A DNA stretch of 64,000 bases from Terriglobia bacterium (GTDB lineage Bacteria > Acidobacteriota > Terriglobia > JAJPHL01 > JAPKYU01). The notes under the pieces are model-generated. The model searched no databases. It saw nothing but the letters and a program-made list of their open reading frames with translations, and was not told where the DNA came from. Numbering within the stretch: position 1 is the first letter of the stretch; every line of letters starts with the position of its first letter. This document shows positions 18,759-27,915 of this stretch, piece by piece. Both the position numbers and the translations under genes were made by a program. The stretch covers positions 480,001 through 544,000 of the forward strand of contig CBDBKE010000004.1 in the NCBI GenBank assembly GCA_965206645.1, written 5' to 3'.

Positions 18759-19869
18759 GCATGATGGTGTCATCTATCGCCGGAACGACAGCAACATTTG
18801 GTGGATGCGCTATCGGGATAAGGCCGGGCGGCGTCGCCTGGAATCAACACGAACGGAGGACTGGCAAGAAGCCCAACGGTGCCTACGCGAGCGGCTTCAG
18901 GCCAGAGACAATAATACCCTGGCCGCCCTTCGCCGGGGTCAACGGGTTACTTTCGGGGAATGGGCCGACTTTTTCCTGGTCAACTACTCTCAGCCCCCGA
19001 TTCGGGCCGAGAAGACTCACGAGGCAAACGAATGCGCGCTCAAGAGTCTGCGGCCAGTGTTCGGACCGATGAAGATAACCGAGATCGGAGCTGAGCAAAT
19101 CGAGCTTCATCTCCGCCAACGGCTGCAACAGCACAAGCGAGTCCGTCGTCGGAGTGGTGTCGTCGAACTCGGGCTTCTGAAACCCACCACCGTGCATCAA
19201 GAGCTTCGAGTTCTCCGGCGTATCTTTAGTGTTGCAGTGAAGAAGAAGCTCTGCCCGGCCAACCCCTGCGCCGGCGTGGAGTTTCCGGTGATCCTGAAAG
19301 GTTTCTTCCGACCCCACTACATGACCTGGTCCGAGCAGCAGAAAATCGAGCGGCATGCTCCCGCCTATCTCAGGAACATAATTCGGATCATCACGGAAAC
19401 GGGGCTCCGGGTCTATAAAGAGCTTGCCGCTATGCGCAAGGATCGAGTAGACCTCGCCAACAAGGTAGTCTTCGTGGAAGATTCGAAGACACCGACCGGG
19501 GTAGCCGAGGTTCCTTTGACCGGCATGGCTACTGAAGCCTTCCGTAACCAGATCGAATTAGCGGGACCCGGCCCATGGCTCTTTCCCAGCCCGCAGAACC
19601 CAATTGGGCATCAGACTAACTTCAGAAAGACCTGGGAAAGAGCACTCCGCAGAGCCGGAGTTCCCTACTTCCGCTTATACGACCTGCGCTCCACCCACGC
19701 TACGCGCCTTAGCGCCGGCGGCGTTGCGGACGAGTGGGTGACCCAGCTTCTTCGTCAGACGGACGCCAAAGTCTTCAAGAAGTATTCTCAGATGAAGCTC
19801 CAGATGAAGCGGGATGCGTTGACAAAACTCAATCACCGTGCAAATGAAACTGCAGCCGTTGGGTTTTGA
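18742..19869 (+). CDS. Tyrosine integrase of ICE copy 1
   Basis: Arm-binding N-terminus (WWMRYRD); ETGLR, SKT, YDLRST, KKY; adjacent to the tRNA. Confidence 0.9.
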   Translation: MARPSKHDGVIYRRNDSNIWWMRYRDKAGRRRLESTRTEDWQEAQRCLRERLQARDNNTLAALRRGQRVTFGEWADFFLVNYSQPPIRAEKTHEANECALKSLRPVFGPMKITEIGAEQIELHLRQRLQQHKRVRRRSGVVELGLLKPTTVHQELRVLRRIFSVAVKKKLCPANPCAGVEFPVILKGFFRPHYMTWSEQQKIERHAPAYLRNIIRIITETGLRVYKELAAMRKDRVDLANKVVFVEDSKTPTGVAEVPLTGMATEAFRNQIELAGPGPWLFPSPQNPIGHQTNFRKTWERALRRAGVPYFRLYDLRSTHATRLSAGGVADEWVTQLLRQTDAKVFKKYSQMKLQMKRDALTKLNHRANETAAVGF

Positions 19870-19921
19870 TACGGCACATCAACAGTTGTAGGGTTTTGAT
19901 ACGGTTTTGATACGGTTTTGA
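19863..19921 (+). repeat. Integrase arm-type repeats GTTTTGATAC x3 plus one partial
   Basis: Copies at 19863, 19893 and 19904; partial at 19915. Confidence 0.8.
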
Positions 19922-19956
19922 GGTTCAGGGATGGGCAAATGCAATCGAGACCGATT

Positions 19957-19969
19957 TAACTCATTGATT
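19957..19969 (-). promoter_or_regulatory. IHF-type binding site in the att arm
   Basis: Reverse complement AATCAATGAGTTA matches WATCAANNNNTTR exactly. Confidence 0.65.
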
Positions 19970-19983
19970 TCGAAGGACTGGAC

Positions 19984-20060
19984 TGGTGGGCGACAGAGGA
20001 CTCGAACCTCTGACCTCCTGCGTGTGAAGCAGGCGCTCTAACCAACTGAGCTAGTCGCCC
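19984..20060 (-). tRNA. tRNA-Val(CAC)
   Basis: GGGCGAC acceptor stem, TAGCTCAGTTGGTTAGAGC D-arm, CCTGC-TTCACAC-GCAGG anticodon arm, GGTTCGAGTCC T-arm, encoded CCA; 77 nt. Confidence 0.97.
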
Positions 20061-20137
20061 CTTGGAGTTACTTCCTTTCTTCCAAACCACTTGCAGATTC
20101 TGTTCCATCGGCGAAATCGCTTAAACCGGCCCCAATT

Positions 20138-20190
20138 GTATCAAAACTGTATCAAAACCCCAGTTTTTTGGGCCCGGAGTGTATCAGAAC
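20138..20190 (-). repeat. Integrase arm-type repeats, mirror of 19863-19913
   Basis: GTATCAAAAC at 20138 and 20149; GTATCAGAAC at 20181. Confidence 0.8.
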
Positions 20191-21298
20191 CCTGCTCCTC
20201 ACCCGCCTGACGGTTTAGACGCCGTAGCGCTTCCCGTTTCATCCCCAGTTTCATCTGTGAGTACTTCTTGAACACCTTCGCATCACTTTGCCGCAGGAGC
20301 TGGGTCACCCACTCGTCTGCCACGCCTCCCGCGCTTAAACGGGTTGCATATGTCGAGCGCAGATCGTAGATCCGGAAGTACGGAACGCCCGCGCGTTCCA
20401 ACGTTGTGCGCCAGATCTTCTTGAAGCTCGCCTGGTAGCCGCGCTGATTCCGACCGCTCGGAAACAACCACGGCCCTGGTCCAGCAAGCCAGAGCTGGTC
20501 GCGGAAGGCCTCTACCGCCAAGTCCGTCAGTGGCACCTCCCCCACGCCGGTGGGGGTTTTCGAGTCAGGTATCCAGACCACTGCGTTTGCCAGGTCGACC
20601 TGGTCTTTCCGCATCGGTGCAAGCTCCTTGTAGACCCGTAATCCGGTTTCGGTGATGATCCGGATCAGGTTCCGCAAGTACGGAGGTGCGTGCAACTCAA
20701 TCCGCTGCTGTTCCGACCACGGCATGTAGTGCGGCCGAAACAACCCCTTGACCGTGACCGGGAACTCCGCTGAGTTGCAAGGGTTGGCCGCGATGAACTT
20801 CTTCTTCACCGCGACATTCAACACCCGGCGCAACACGCGAAACTCCTGGTGCACGGTCGCCGGCTTCAGCAGCCCGAGCTCCCGATACCCCAGCCGTGTC
20901 CTGACTCGCTTCTGTTGCCGAAGCCGCCAGCGCAAGTACCCCTCAACATCCTCGGCGCCGATGGCGGACAACATTTGCGGTCCGAACACGGGCTTGAGTT
21001 GCTTCACCGCGTTTTGGTTGGCTGCGTGCGTCTTCCTACTCCGCAAGGGCGGCTGGGAATAGTGCTCCAGGAAAAAGTCCGCCCACTCGTGAAACCTGAG
21101 TTGTTGGCCGCGCCGAACGAGCGCGAGCACGTTCTCATCGCGTGCCTGCAATCGTTCACGTAGCCGTGTTTGGGCTTCCTGCCAGTCACTTGTCTCTGTG
21201 GATTCGAGGCGCCGGGTGCCGTCTCGATCCCAGTACCGCATCCACCAGAAACGGCCGCGCCGGTACAGGACGCCGTCATGCTTTTTCGGTCGTGCCAT
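20141..21298 (-). CDS. Tyrosine integrase of ICE copy 2
   Basis: Paralogue of 18742-19869 with the same motifs; clearly more diverged than the T4SS genes. Confidence 0.9.
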   Translation of the reverse strand: MARPKKHDGVLYRRGRFWWMRYWDRDGTRRLESTETSDWQEAQTRLRERLQARDENVLALVRRGQQLRFHEWADFFLEHYSQPPLRSRKTHAANQNAVKQLKPVFGPQMLSAIGAEDVEGYLRWRLRQQKRVRTRLGYRELGLLKPATVHQEFRVLRRVLNVAVKKKFIAANPCNSAEFPVTVKGLFRPHYMPWSEQQRIELHAPPYLRNLIRIITETGLRVYKELAPMRKDQVDLANAVVWIPDSKTPTGVGEVPLTDLAVEAFRDQLWLAGPGPWLFPSGRNQRGYQASFKKIWRTTLERAGVPYFRIYDLRSTYATRLSAGGVADEWVTQLLRQSDAKVFKKYSQMKLGMKREALRRLNRQAGEEQGSDTLRAQKTGVLIQF

Positions 21299-21491
21299 TC
21301 ACCACCTCCTGTTGAAACGTGGCGCGAAAGGCCGAAAGCTCCGATCGTAAAAACCGGATGTTCCGGCCCATCACGCGGAGATGGGGAATCTGCCGCCGCT
21401 CGACCCAAGCATACACGGTCTGCGGACTCACGCCAAGAAACCGGGCAGCCTCCTTCACCGTCAACGGTACCTCGTGGGCCAAAGCCTGCAT
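21276..21491 (-). CDS. Excisionase-family HTH protein
   Basis: LTVKEAARFLGVSPQTVYAWVERRQIPHLRV. Confidence 0.85.
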   Translation of the reverse strand: MQALAHEVPLTVKEAARFLGVSPQTVYAWVERRQIPHLRVMGRNIRFLRSELSAFRATFQQEVVNGTTEKA

Positions 21492-21837
21492 CACAACCGC
21501 CTCAACCAACACACCTATCGCAACGAGGACTCAGAGCACACCTGTTCCAATGTCCAACAGTGACCATCGCCACCCAACCCCGCCGTCGGCGAGCGCTTTG
21601 AGCACGCGCGTCTTGGCTTCTCCCGTGGCGCGCAGGGCAACCCCGGCGCTCATCGCCGGCGTCAACTCTCTTTTTCTACCAGTCATTGGTGCAGGGGTCC
21701 CGCACGGCTTCCCGGATCTTCTTCCTCGCCGCCCACGTCCTCGGGAAAGACGCCGTCTTGTTCGGCGATCCAGGCCGGGACTTCCAGCGTCTCCTCACCG
21801 CCCCGGCCGAGCTCCCGGTCGAAGTCCTCGATAGTCT

Positions 21838-22803
21838 TTATCCGTCATCGTGTTCCCTCCAGATCGGCTTGATGAGCCAGCGGTTCTGTGGCGCGTCGTA
21901 GCCCTGGACGAGCAGCGCTTCCTCCACGAAGCGACGTCCCTCTCGCCGTGTCATGTGAATCACCATAGCGATGCCGTCCACCACGCCCCGGCAGGTGACT
22001 TCCCAGGGAAGCTCCCCGCCGCCCTGCATGGCGCAACTGGCGATGCGCGACAAGGCCGATTCGGCGTTGTTGGCGTGTACGGTGGTGAGCGAGCCGCCGT
22101 GTCCGGTGTTCAAGGCTTGCAGCAGGTCGGCGGCCTCGCCGCCCCGGACCTCGCCCACCACGATGTGATCCGGGCGGTGCCGCAAGGCGTGGCGCACCAG
22201 GTCGCGGATCGTCACCGCGCCGGTTTCCAGGCCCCGAGCCTCGAAACGGACGCAATTAGAGCGCTCGATGCGAAGCTCCAGGGTGTCCTCGATGGCGACG
22301 ATGCGCTCGTCATCGGGTAGTAGTTCGATCAGCGCATTGAGCAGGGTGGTCTTGCCCGATCCGGTGCCGCCTGAAACCAGGATGTTGCGGCGCGAGTGCA
22401 ACACCCGCTCCGCTTCCGCTCGCACGTCTTCGGGGAGTGCGCCTTGCGTCACGAGATCATCCGCCGAGAACGCCCGCTTGCCAAAGCGCCGCATGGTGAT
22501 CGCCACCGTGGGGCTCGCGGGCGGAACACAGATGGCAACCCGCGATCCGTCGTCCAGGCGCGCATCGACAATCGGCGAGCTCGCCGGGTCCAAGCCCAAA
22601 GGACGGGCGATGTGGATGGCCGCCCGCAATAGGGCCGATTCGTCCAGGTCCGGCGCGTCATGTGCCGTCAACCGCCCGGCCCGCTCGACCCAGACATTGA
22701 ACGGCCCGTTAATCATGATCTCGCTGACTTCGGAATCTTCCAGGGCGCTTTCCAATCCCGGTAGAAACGGTTTCAGGTGTTCCAGTCCACTCGCGGCGCT
22801 CAT
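21838..22803 (-). CDS. virB11: VirB11-type ATPase (copy 2)
   Basis: Near-identical to 17434-18399. Confidence 0.9.
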   Translation of the reverse strand: MSAASGLEHLKPFLPGLESALEDSEVSEIMINGPFNVWVERAGRLTAHDAPDLDESALLRAAIHIARPLGLDPASSPIVDARLDDGSRVAICVPPASPTVAITMRRFGKRAFSADDLVTQGALPEDVRAEAERVLHSRRNILVSGGTGSGKTTLLNALIELLPDDERIVAIEDTLELRIERSNCVRFEARGLETGAVTIRDLVRHALRHRPDHIVVGEVRGGEAADLLQALNTGHGGSLTTVHANNAESALSRIASCAMQGGGELPWEVTCRGVVDGIAMVIHMTRREGRRFVEEALLVQGYDAPQNRWLIKPIWREHDDG

Positions 22804-24911
22804 AATCTGCCCGCCTCCTTCGCTCTCCAATAGGAATAATCGAGGGGCAGATAGTGAGGCTTGAGGTAGACACGTCGCGGTTCAAGCGACTGCGACCCGT
22901 CATAGGGCAAACAGATCGCTTGACAGTTCGAGAGCAGCGCGAAATCTCGCGGGTGAAACACGGCCTCGCGTTGCTCCCGGAAAGACTTGGTAGCGCCGAT
23001 GCTGCCCCCGCCTCCACCGGCGCGGCCCGAGAGCGGGGAGACTTCCGCCCGCTTGGAGGTCTCGCTGATCGTGTAGGATTCCTTGATCTTCGCCACCTGC
23101 CCGCACATTTCGCTTGCAATCTTGGCGCTGGCGTCGTCGCTGAGAGACAGGAAAATCCGTGTGCGGAGCGTCTGCAACAGCGACCGCCAAGCTTCCGAGC
23201 TTCCCAACACGGAGCGCAGCGAGGAAATGGATTGAGTGGCGACAATCGGGATGCAGCGGCATTGCCGGGTCAGCGCAAAGGATTTTTCATCGCCCGATGG
23301 ATCGTCCTCACCCACCGAAGCGAAGGCTTGATATTCGTCACAGATAAAGACGGCGGGCCGGAAATAGACCCCCGGCGACTCCTTCATCTTGGTCGGGCGC
23401 ATGAGAAGCGCCTGTAGCCAGGCGTTTTTGAGCATCACGCCCACGGCGCGGGCCAGCGCCGGGTTCGATCCGGCGGGCATGTTCAAGGCCAGCACCTTGC
23501 CCCTTTCGATCAATTCATAGAGCGGGGGAAGGTGTCGCGGCCCGGCGATTCGTTCCTCTTCGACGGAAGGAATCGACGTGGGCGCGGCCTCCGGCTCCTT
23601 ATTCGGCTCCCGGGCTTCTTCCCCGGCCCGCTTCGCGGCCCTGGCCTGAATTGCAATGGCTTGTGGATCGTCGGGGATTTCCGGCGCATCCGGACAAAAC
23701 ACCTTCGCCACATCCGGCATATCGAACATGGCAAGGAATACCGAAACCCCCTCCACAATCGAGGACTTCACTTTGTTGTCCAGCGTTTGCCAGTCGTTGA
23801 CAAACCAGCGCTTCACCGCCTCCACCCGTTCTCTCACTTCGTCTCCGGGTCCAGGGTCCCAAACCACCCGGTAGGTCAGCTTGAGCTCGTCCAGTTTGTT
23901 GAGCATGGGGCGGGAGTAGGCGGCCCGCACTTCTTCCGTTCCCGGTATGTCTTTCCATAGCCATTCAGCCAAGGTCATGATGTGGGCTTGGTATACGACC
24001 TCCGGAATGAAAACCGTGCCTTTGTTCAACTCGTTGCTCCACGCTTCGGCTTGCTCGATCTTGGCTGCGAAAAGGTCCGGGTCGATGGCGCAGCGGTAGA
24101 CCTGCTGCAACGTCACCCACCGCTCCGGGAAGATCCGGTGAAGCTCGATGATCCAGCGGACCAGATTGGTATAGGCTTGCTGCCAGAAGGGTTCCTTGCC
24201 CTTGCCGAATAGCTGGTTGAGAAGGCTGGAAACGGTGTAGGCCAGCGAGTAGGAATCGAGCCACCAGGCCGAGAGCGGGTTCCATTGCCAGCGCCCATTC
24301 ATCCCCAGCTCGATGTAGTCTTTTCCCCGGCCCGTCTCGATCAGGATTCGCCGGATATCGTGACAGAAATCTCCCTTGACTTCGAGCATGAGCGCTGCCG
24401 CCCGCATCTGTGGATTCCCTGCTTGCCAGCCGAGAAGCTGCTTGGCGAAAGGGTGCATACAAGCCGAAGTCTTGCCGGACCCGACGGCCCCGAAGATCGC
24501 CACGCCGGTATACAGGCCACGCTCCGGGATGGTGAGCCAGGAGGGATTGAAAATCTCCCGCGCCTCGACCGGGTGATGAACCTCCCCGATCACGATGGCC
24601 GGGGACTTTTGTTGGGGTGAAAGCGGCCAGGTTGGAAGGGCGCCGAAGGGTGCAAAATCCCGCCGCCGCGCTTCCAGCCAGACCTTCCAAACGGACATGA
24701 GAATGAGCCCCGCGAGCATGACGGCGAAGAAAGGCGAAGCGTAGTACCAGAGCATCACCCAGCCGTAGAAGTTCGGGGTGTGGTAGTCCATGAGATCGAG
24801 CAAGGGACTATCCCCAAGCATGGGGAAGGGACGGCGGACAAAGCTCCACAGGGCGTACCCCAGACCGCCGAAAAACAGAAGGATGTGAGGAATGAAGCGC
24901 CGCCATTTCAT
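22800..24911 (-). CDS. virD4: VirD4 coupling protein (copy 2)
   Basis: Same length and motifs as 15326-17437. Confidence 0.88.
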   Translation of the reverse strand: MKWRRFIPHILLFFGGLGYALWSFVRRPFPMLGDSPLLDLMDYHTPNFYGWVMLWYYASPFFAVMLAGLILMSVWKVWLEARRRDFAPFGALPTWPLSPQQKSPAIVIGEVHHPVEAREIFNPSWLTIPERGLYTGVAIFGAVGSGKTSACMHPFAKQLLGWQAGNPQMRAAALMLEVKGDFCHDIRRILIETGRGKDYIELGMNGRWQWNPLSAWWLDSYSLAYTVSSLLNQLFGKGKEPFWQQAYTNLVRWIIELHRIFPERWVTLQQVYRCAIDPDLFAAKIEQAEAWSNELNKGTVFIPEVVYQAHIMTLAEWLWKDIPGTEEVRAAYSRPMLNKLDELKLTYRVVWDPGPGDEVRERVEAVKRWFVNDWQTLDNKVKSSIVEGVSVFLAMFDMPDVAKVFCPDAPEIPDDPQAIAIQARAAKRAGEEAREPNKEPEAAPTSIPSVEEERIAGPRHLPPLYELIERGKVLALNMPAGSNPALARAVGVMLKNAWLQALLMRPTKMKESPGVYFRPAVFICDEYQAFASVGEDDPSGDEKSFALTRQCRCIPIVATQSISSLRSVLGSSEAWRSLLQTLRTRIFLSLSDDASAKIASEMCGQVAKIKESYTISETSKRAEVSPLSGRAGGGGGSIGATKSFREQREAVFHPRDFALLSNCQAICLPYDGSQSLEPRRVYLKPHYLPLDYSYWRAKEAGRL

Positions 24912-24980
24912 AGAGTCCGTTTCCCTTCTTTCATCGCCCCGGCTGGGGGCGCTCTTCCGAGCCTTCCCGCAGGGATAAAT

Positions 24981-25243
24981 GAGGACGATAGCGACCCTCA
25001 TGGGGGGGCAGGAACGGTGTGCCGCAACGCACCGCTGCTGGGGCCACATGATCCCCCACTTTTCGGGGGGGTCGCTATCGTCCTCCCCGATTTTCCTGGA
25101 TCGGCGCGGGTGAGGCCGCTCGACAGGTGATAACCACAGCGGAATGAGGGAGATGGGAGAATGTAGTTTTGCCGCATCTCTTGGCTGAATTTTGCCGTAC
25201 CCTCCCTCTGTGACTGCGGCACCCTGGATAGGGCGTTGCGGCA
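24981..25243. other. Copy-2 branched IR structure plus four TGCCG(C/T)A sites
   Basis: IR at 24981 / 25069-25085; repeats at 25170, 25193, 25215 and 25237. Confidence 0.6.
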
Positions 25244-25292
25244 TGAAAAAAACCTTCAATTTCCTCTCTCCGTTCCGGCCTTCGTGCTGCTT

Positions 25293-26234
25293 TCATCCGG
25301 TTTCCTCCAGGACCGCAAACCGGGCGGCCCGCCACGTCGAGTAGTCGTCAATCGAGACCCCTTCCGTCAGCTTCGCTTCGGGGAGACGTTGAAGCTCCAC
25401 CGACCGTCTTCCGGCTGCCGCGAATCCCCCATACTGCGCCAGAAATTCCCGGTCCTTGTGAGTCATCGCGTCGTCAATCGCCTTGATTTCCTGCCGCACC
25501 GTCCACCCTTCCCCGGTCTCCTTCGGGGCGGTCGCGGCCCACACCCGGAGCACCCGCGCCGTCCGATCCACGGTTTCATTCTCCGCTGCGATCCCGATCA
25601 CCCGGACCTGTCGGCCTTTCTTACGCAGCGCATCCCAAAGCCGCCCATGCGCGGCTCCCCAGGAGTGCAACTCCCGATCCGTTTGGTGGCCCGGATCGAC
25701 GTAGGCGAAGGTGACGGTTTCGGGGTCCGCCGCAATAGGAAGTTTGAGCGCAAAGTAGCGTTTCTGCGCTCCCACAGCACCGTAGTAAATCCGTCGCGGG
25801 ATCAGTCGCCGCGAGAGGCCGAGCTTTTCAAAGAACGCAACCTTCTCCGACTCGGCGGGGAGCCAGTTCATGCCCGGATGTTCCAATACGAAATCGAGCG
25901 AGAGAAGGCGGCGCATCACCACCGGCGGGCGGGCTTTGCGACGGTGGCGGATGTTCTCGACCCCCAGCGCCCGGTAGATCGGCTTGCTCGATATCCGGCA
26001 CGGCCTCGCCCCCCCGGAGAACATCAAGTTTTCATTCTCTACCGCTGCCCGCCGTACAACCAACGCTTGGACGAAGCGGTGCGCCCGCTTGCTCTCCGCA
26101 TCAAAGTAGAAACAGAACTGCGGGCGAGTGAAGACGCCGCTGTGAAGGCACACCAGCGCGATCCACTCCGCTTCCCGGCCCGTCCAACCGAATTGTTCCA
26201 GTGCTGTTTCCCTTCCCCGCAAGTGCTCGATCAT
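25293..26234 (-). CDS. Gene X wHTH protein (copy 2)
   Basis: Paralogue of 14022-14966. Confidence 0.6.
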   Translation of the reverse strand: MIEHLRGRETALEQFGWTGREAEWIALVCLHSGVFTRPQFCFYFDAESKRAHRFVQALVVRRAAVENENLMFSGGARPCRISSKPIYRALGVENIRHRRKARPPVVMRRLLSLDFVLEHPGMNWLPAESEKVAFFEKLGLSRRLIPRRIYYGAVGAQKRYFALKLPIAADPETVTFAYVDPGHQTDRELHSWGAAHGRLWDALRKKGRQVRVIGIAAENETVDRTARVLRVWAATAPKETGEGWTVRQEIKAIDDAMTHKDREFLAQYGGFAAAGRRSVELQRLPEAKLTEGVSIDDYSTWRAARFAVLEETG

Positions 26235-26908
26235 TGGTCGCCTGTGACTATCGCCCGATCCCCTTGCAGATAGCTGATAACGATCCCCATAGGGTTGTGG
26301 ACGATCAGGTCCGGGGGGATCTCATCGAGGAACAGGAATTGCAGCGAGAGGGTCCAGCGTTCCCGGCTTACTTCGTTTGCCATCGCCATCCGCACCAGGT
26401 CAAAATCGGCCGTCGCGCTGTACGGCTCCTGGGGATTGGCCTGAATCCGCAAAACGACGCGATCCACTTGCAGTTCATCCTTTGCCGCTCCTGCCGCGAG
26501 AAGAGCGATATTTTGACTCTCGGCGCGAAACGAGGCGTTGGCGAGCTCCGTGGTCAGGAAGCGCAGACTGCGGGACCAGTTCTCTTCGACCGTGGCCCGC
26601 CGCCGCGAGTAGAAGTCGTAAATGAAGCGATTGAGAAAGTATTTGGTGGTGGGGTCCAGCGGATCGGCCTGGGCCTCCATCGCTTCATAGGCGATGGCCT
26701 CGGCCCGGCCTACTTCATCGACCCTCACGACGATGGGGCGGGGCGGATCGACCGACACAATGCGAATGACGACGATGATGAGCAAGAGCAAGCCGATTCC
26801 CAACCCGACGGAGATCACCCGTAGATGACGGTTGGAGTGGATGGCCTCGCCCCATATTTCGGCGTACTCGGCTCCGGCGTCTTTGGCCTTGGTTCCGGGT
26901 TCGCTCAT
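26231..26908 (-). CDS. virB8: VirB8 (copy 2)
   Basis: Paralogue of 13348-14025. Confidence 0.82.
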   Translation of the reverse strand: MSEPGTKAKDAGAEYAEIWGEAIHSNRHLRVISVGLGIGLLLLIIVVIRIVSVDPPRPIVVRVDEVGRAEAIAYEAMEAQADPLDPTTKYFLNRFIYDFYSRRRATVEENWSRSLRFLTTELANASFRAESQNIALLAAGAAKDELQVDRVVLRIQANPQEPYSATADFDLVRMAMANEVSRERWTLSLQFLFLDEIPPDLIVHNPMGIVISYLQGDRAIVTGDQ

Positions 26909-27903
26909 TTAATTCCTCCCGCGCCCGCCTTTGCCGCCGCCGCGCCCCCGGTGGCCGCAACCGTTCCCGCCGTGGTCGCCATTCCCATGAGGCCGCTCCC
27001 CGCCGCTCCTGTGCTGGTAACGAGCATCGAGGCAAGCTCTCCGCACTTGAGGCTTGCCAGCATCCCGGCGACAAACAAGGGCACGACGGCGATCATCCAC
27101 AAGCCCACGTCTATGAAGCTCTGCATGTCCAGGTTGGCATTCCCCAAGCTCGTGATGTAGGAGATTCCGACAGCGGAGAAGACCCGGAGCACCGCTCCGG
27201 CGATCACGGCATAAAGCGAGTAGGTAATCATCGCCCGGAACCATCCCCAGAACAGAAACGACAGCGGCTCGAACACCAGAAACGGAATGAAGATCGGCCC
27301 CAAGATGATGAGAATGGCAAGCGCGATTTGAGCCCAGATGACTTGAGCGTAGGTGACGGCGGCCAACAGAAGGAGCATAAGGACTACGAACACAAACATT
27401 GCAAACCCCGCAACCGCCGTTATCGCGGCATGAATCCCGCCGGTGAGTAGGCCGAGCGTGTTCCCCGCTTGCGCCTGGGCCGCCTGGTTCGCCGCGAGGG
27501 AGCGAATGAGGTTGCCAAGCTCGGTCTGCATCGAATAGACGGCATCGCCGATCAGCAGTTCGTGAAGCCAATTTCCACCCGCCGCAATCATCCCTGGGAA
27601 GGTGAAAGCCATGCCCGGAATGGTGGTGGTGTAGAACTGCAACATCACCCACGGTATCCACAACCCAATGACGACCCGAATCAGTTCCCACGGCTGAATG
27701 TTCCCGCTAAAGGCGATCTTCAGCCCGTTCAACACCACAACGATGAGCGCCAGACCCCCGAAGAGCGCGTTTCCGGTGGTGAAAACCTCCCCGCCCGCCG
27801 CCGTCGTCAGTCCATCCAGAGCGACATCGAGGAACGATTTGAAGTCCCTCAGTTGTTCCGGGGAAAGGTTGGCCGGGATGTTGGGATCGAGTTGAATCTG
27901 CAT
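26905..27903 (-). CDS. virB6: VirB6 (copy 2)
   Basis: Paralogue of 12353-13351. Confidence 0.85.
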   Translation of the reverse strand: MQIQLDPNIPANLSPEQLRDFKSFLDVALDGLTTAAGGEVFTTGNALFGGLALIVVVLNGLKIAFSGNIQPWELIRVVIGLWIPWVMLQFYTTTIPGMAFTFPGMIAAGGNWLHELLIGDAVYSMQTELGNLIRSLAANQAAQAQAGNTLGLLTGGIHAAITAVAGFAMFVFVVLMLLLLAAVTYAQVIWAQIALAILIILGPIFIPFLVFEPLSFLFWGWFRAMITYSLYAVIAGAVLRVFSAVGISYITSLGNANLDMQSFIDVGLWMIAVVPLFVAGMLASLKCGELASMLVTSTGAAGSGLMGMATTAGTVAATGGAAAAKAGAGGIK

Positions 27904-27915
27904 CGGCGAAATGGA

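Larger units (their letters stand above)
4751..19970 (+). mobile_element. ICE copy 1 (VirB/VirD4 T4SS plus xis/int), distal end deleted at IS3
   Basis: Co-directional T4SS, coupling protein, xis and int ending in arm-type repeats next to the tRNA-Val 3' end. Confidence 0.85.

Noticed and set aside
19863-19921. GTTTTGATAC repeats as a CRISPR array
   Set aside because: 10-bp units, tandem or irregularly spaced, with no cas genes; the position fits integrase arm sites.
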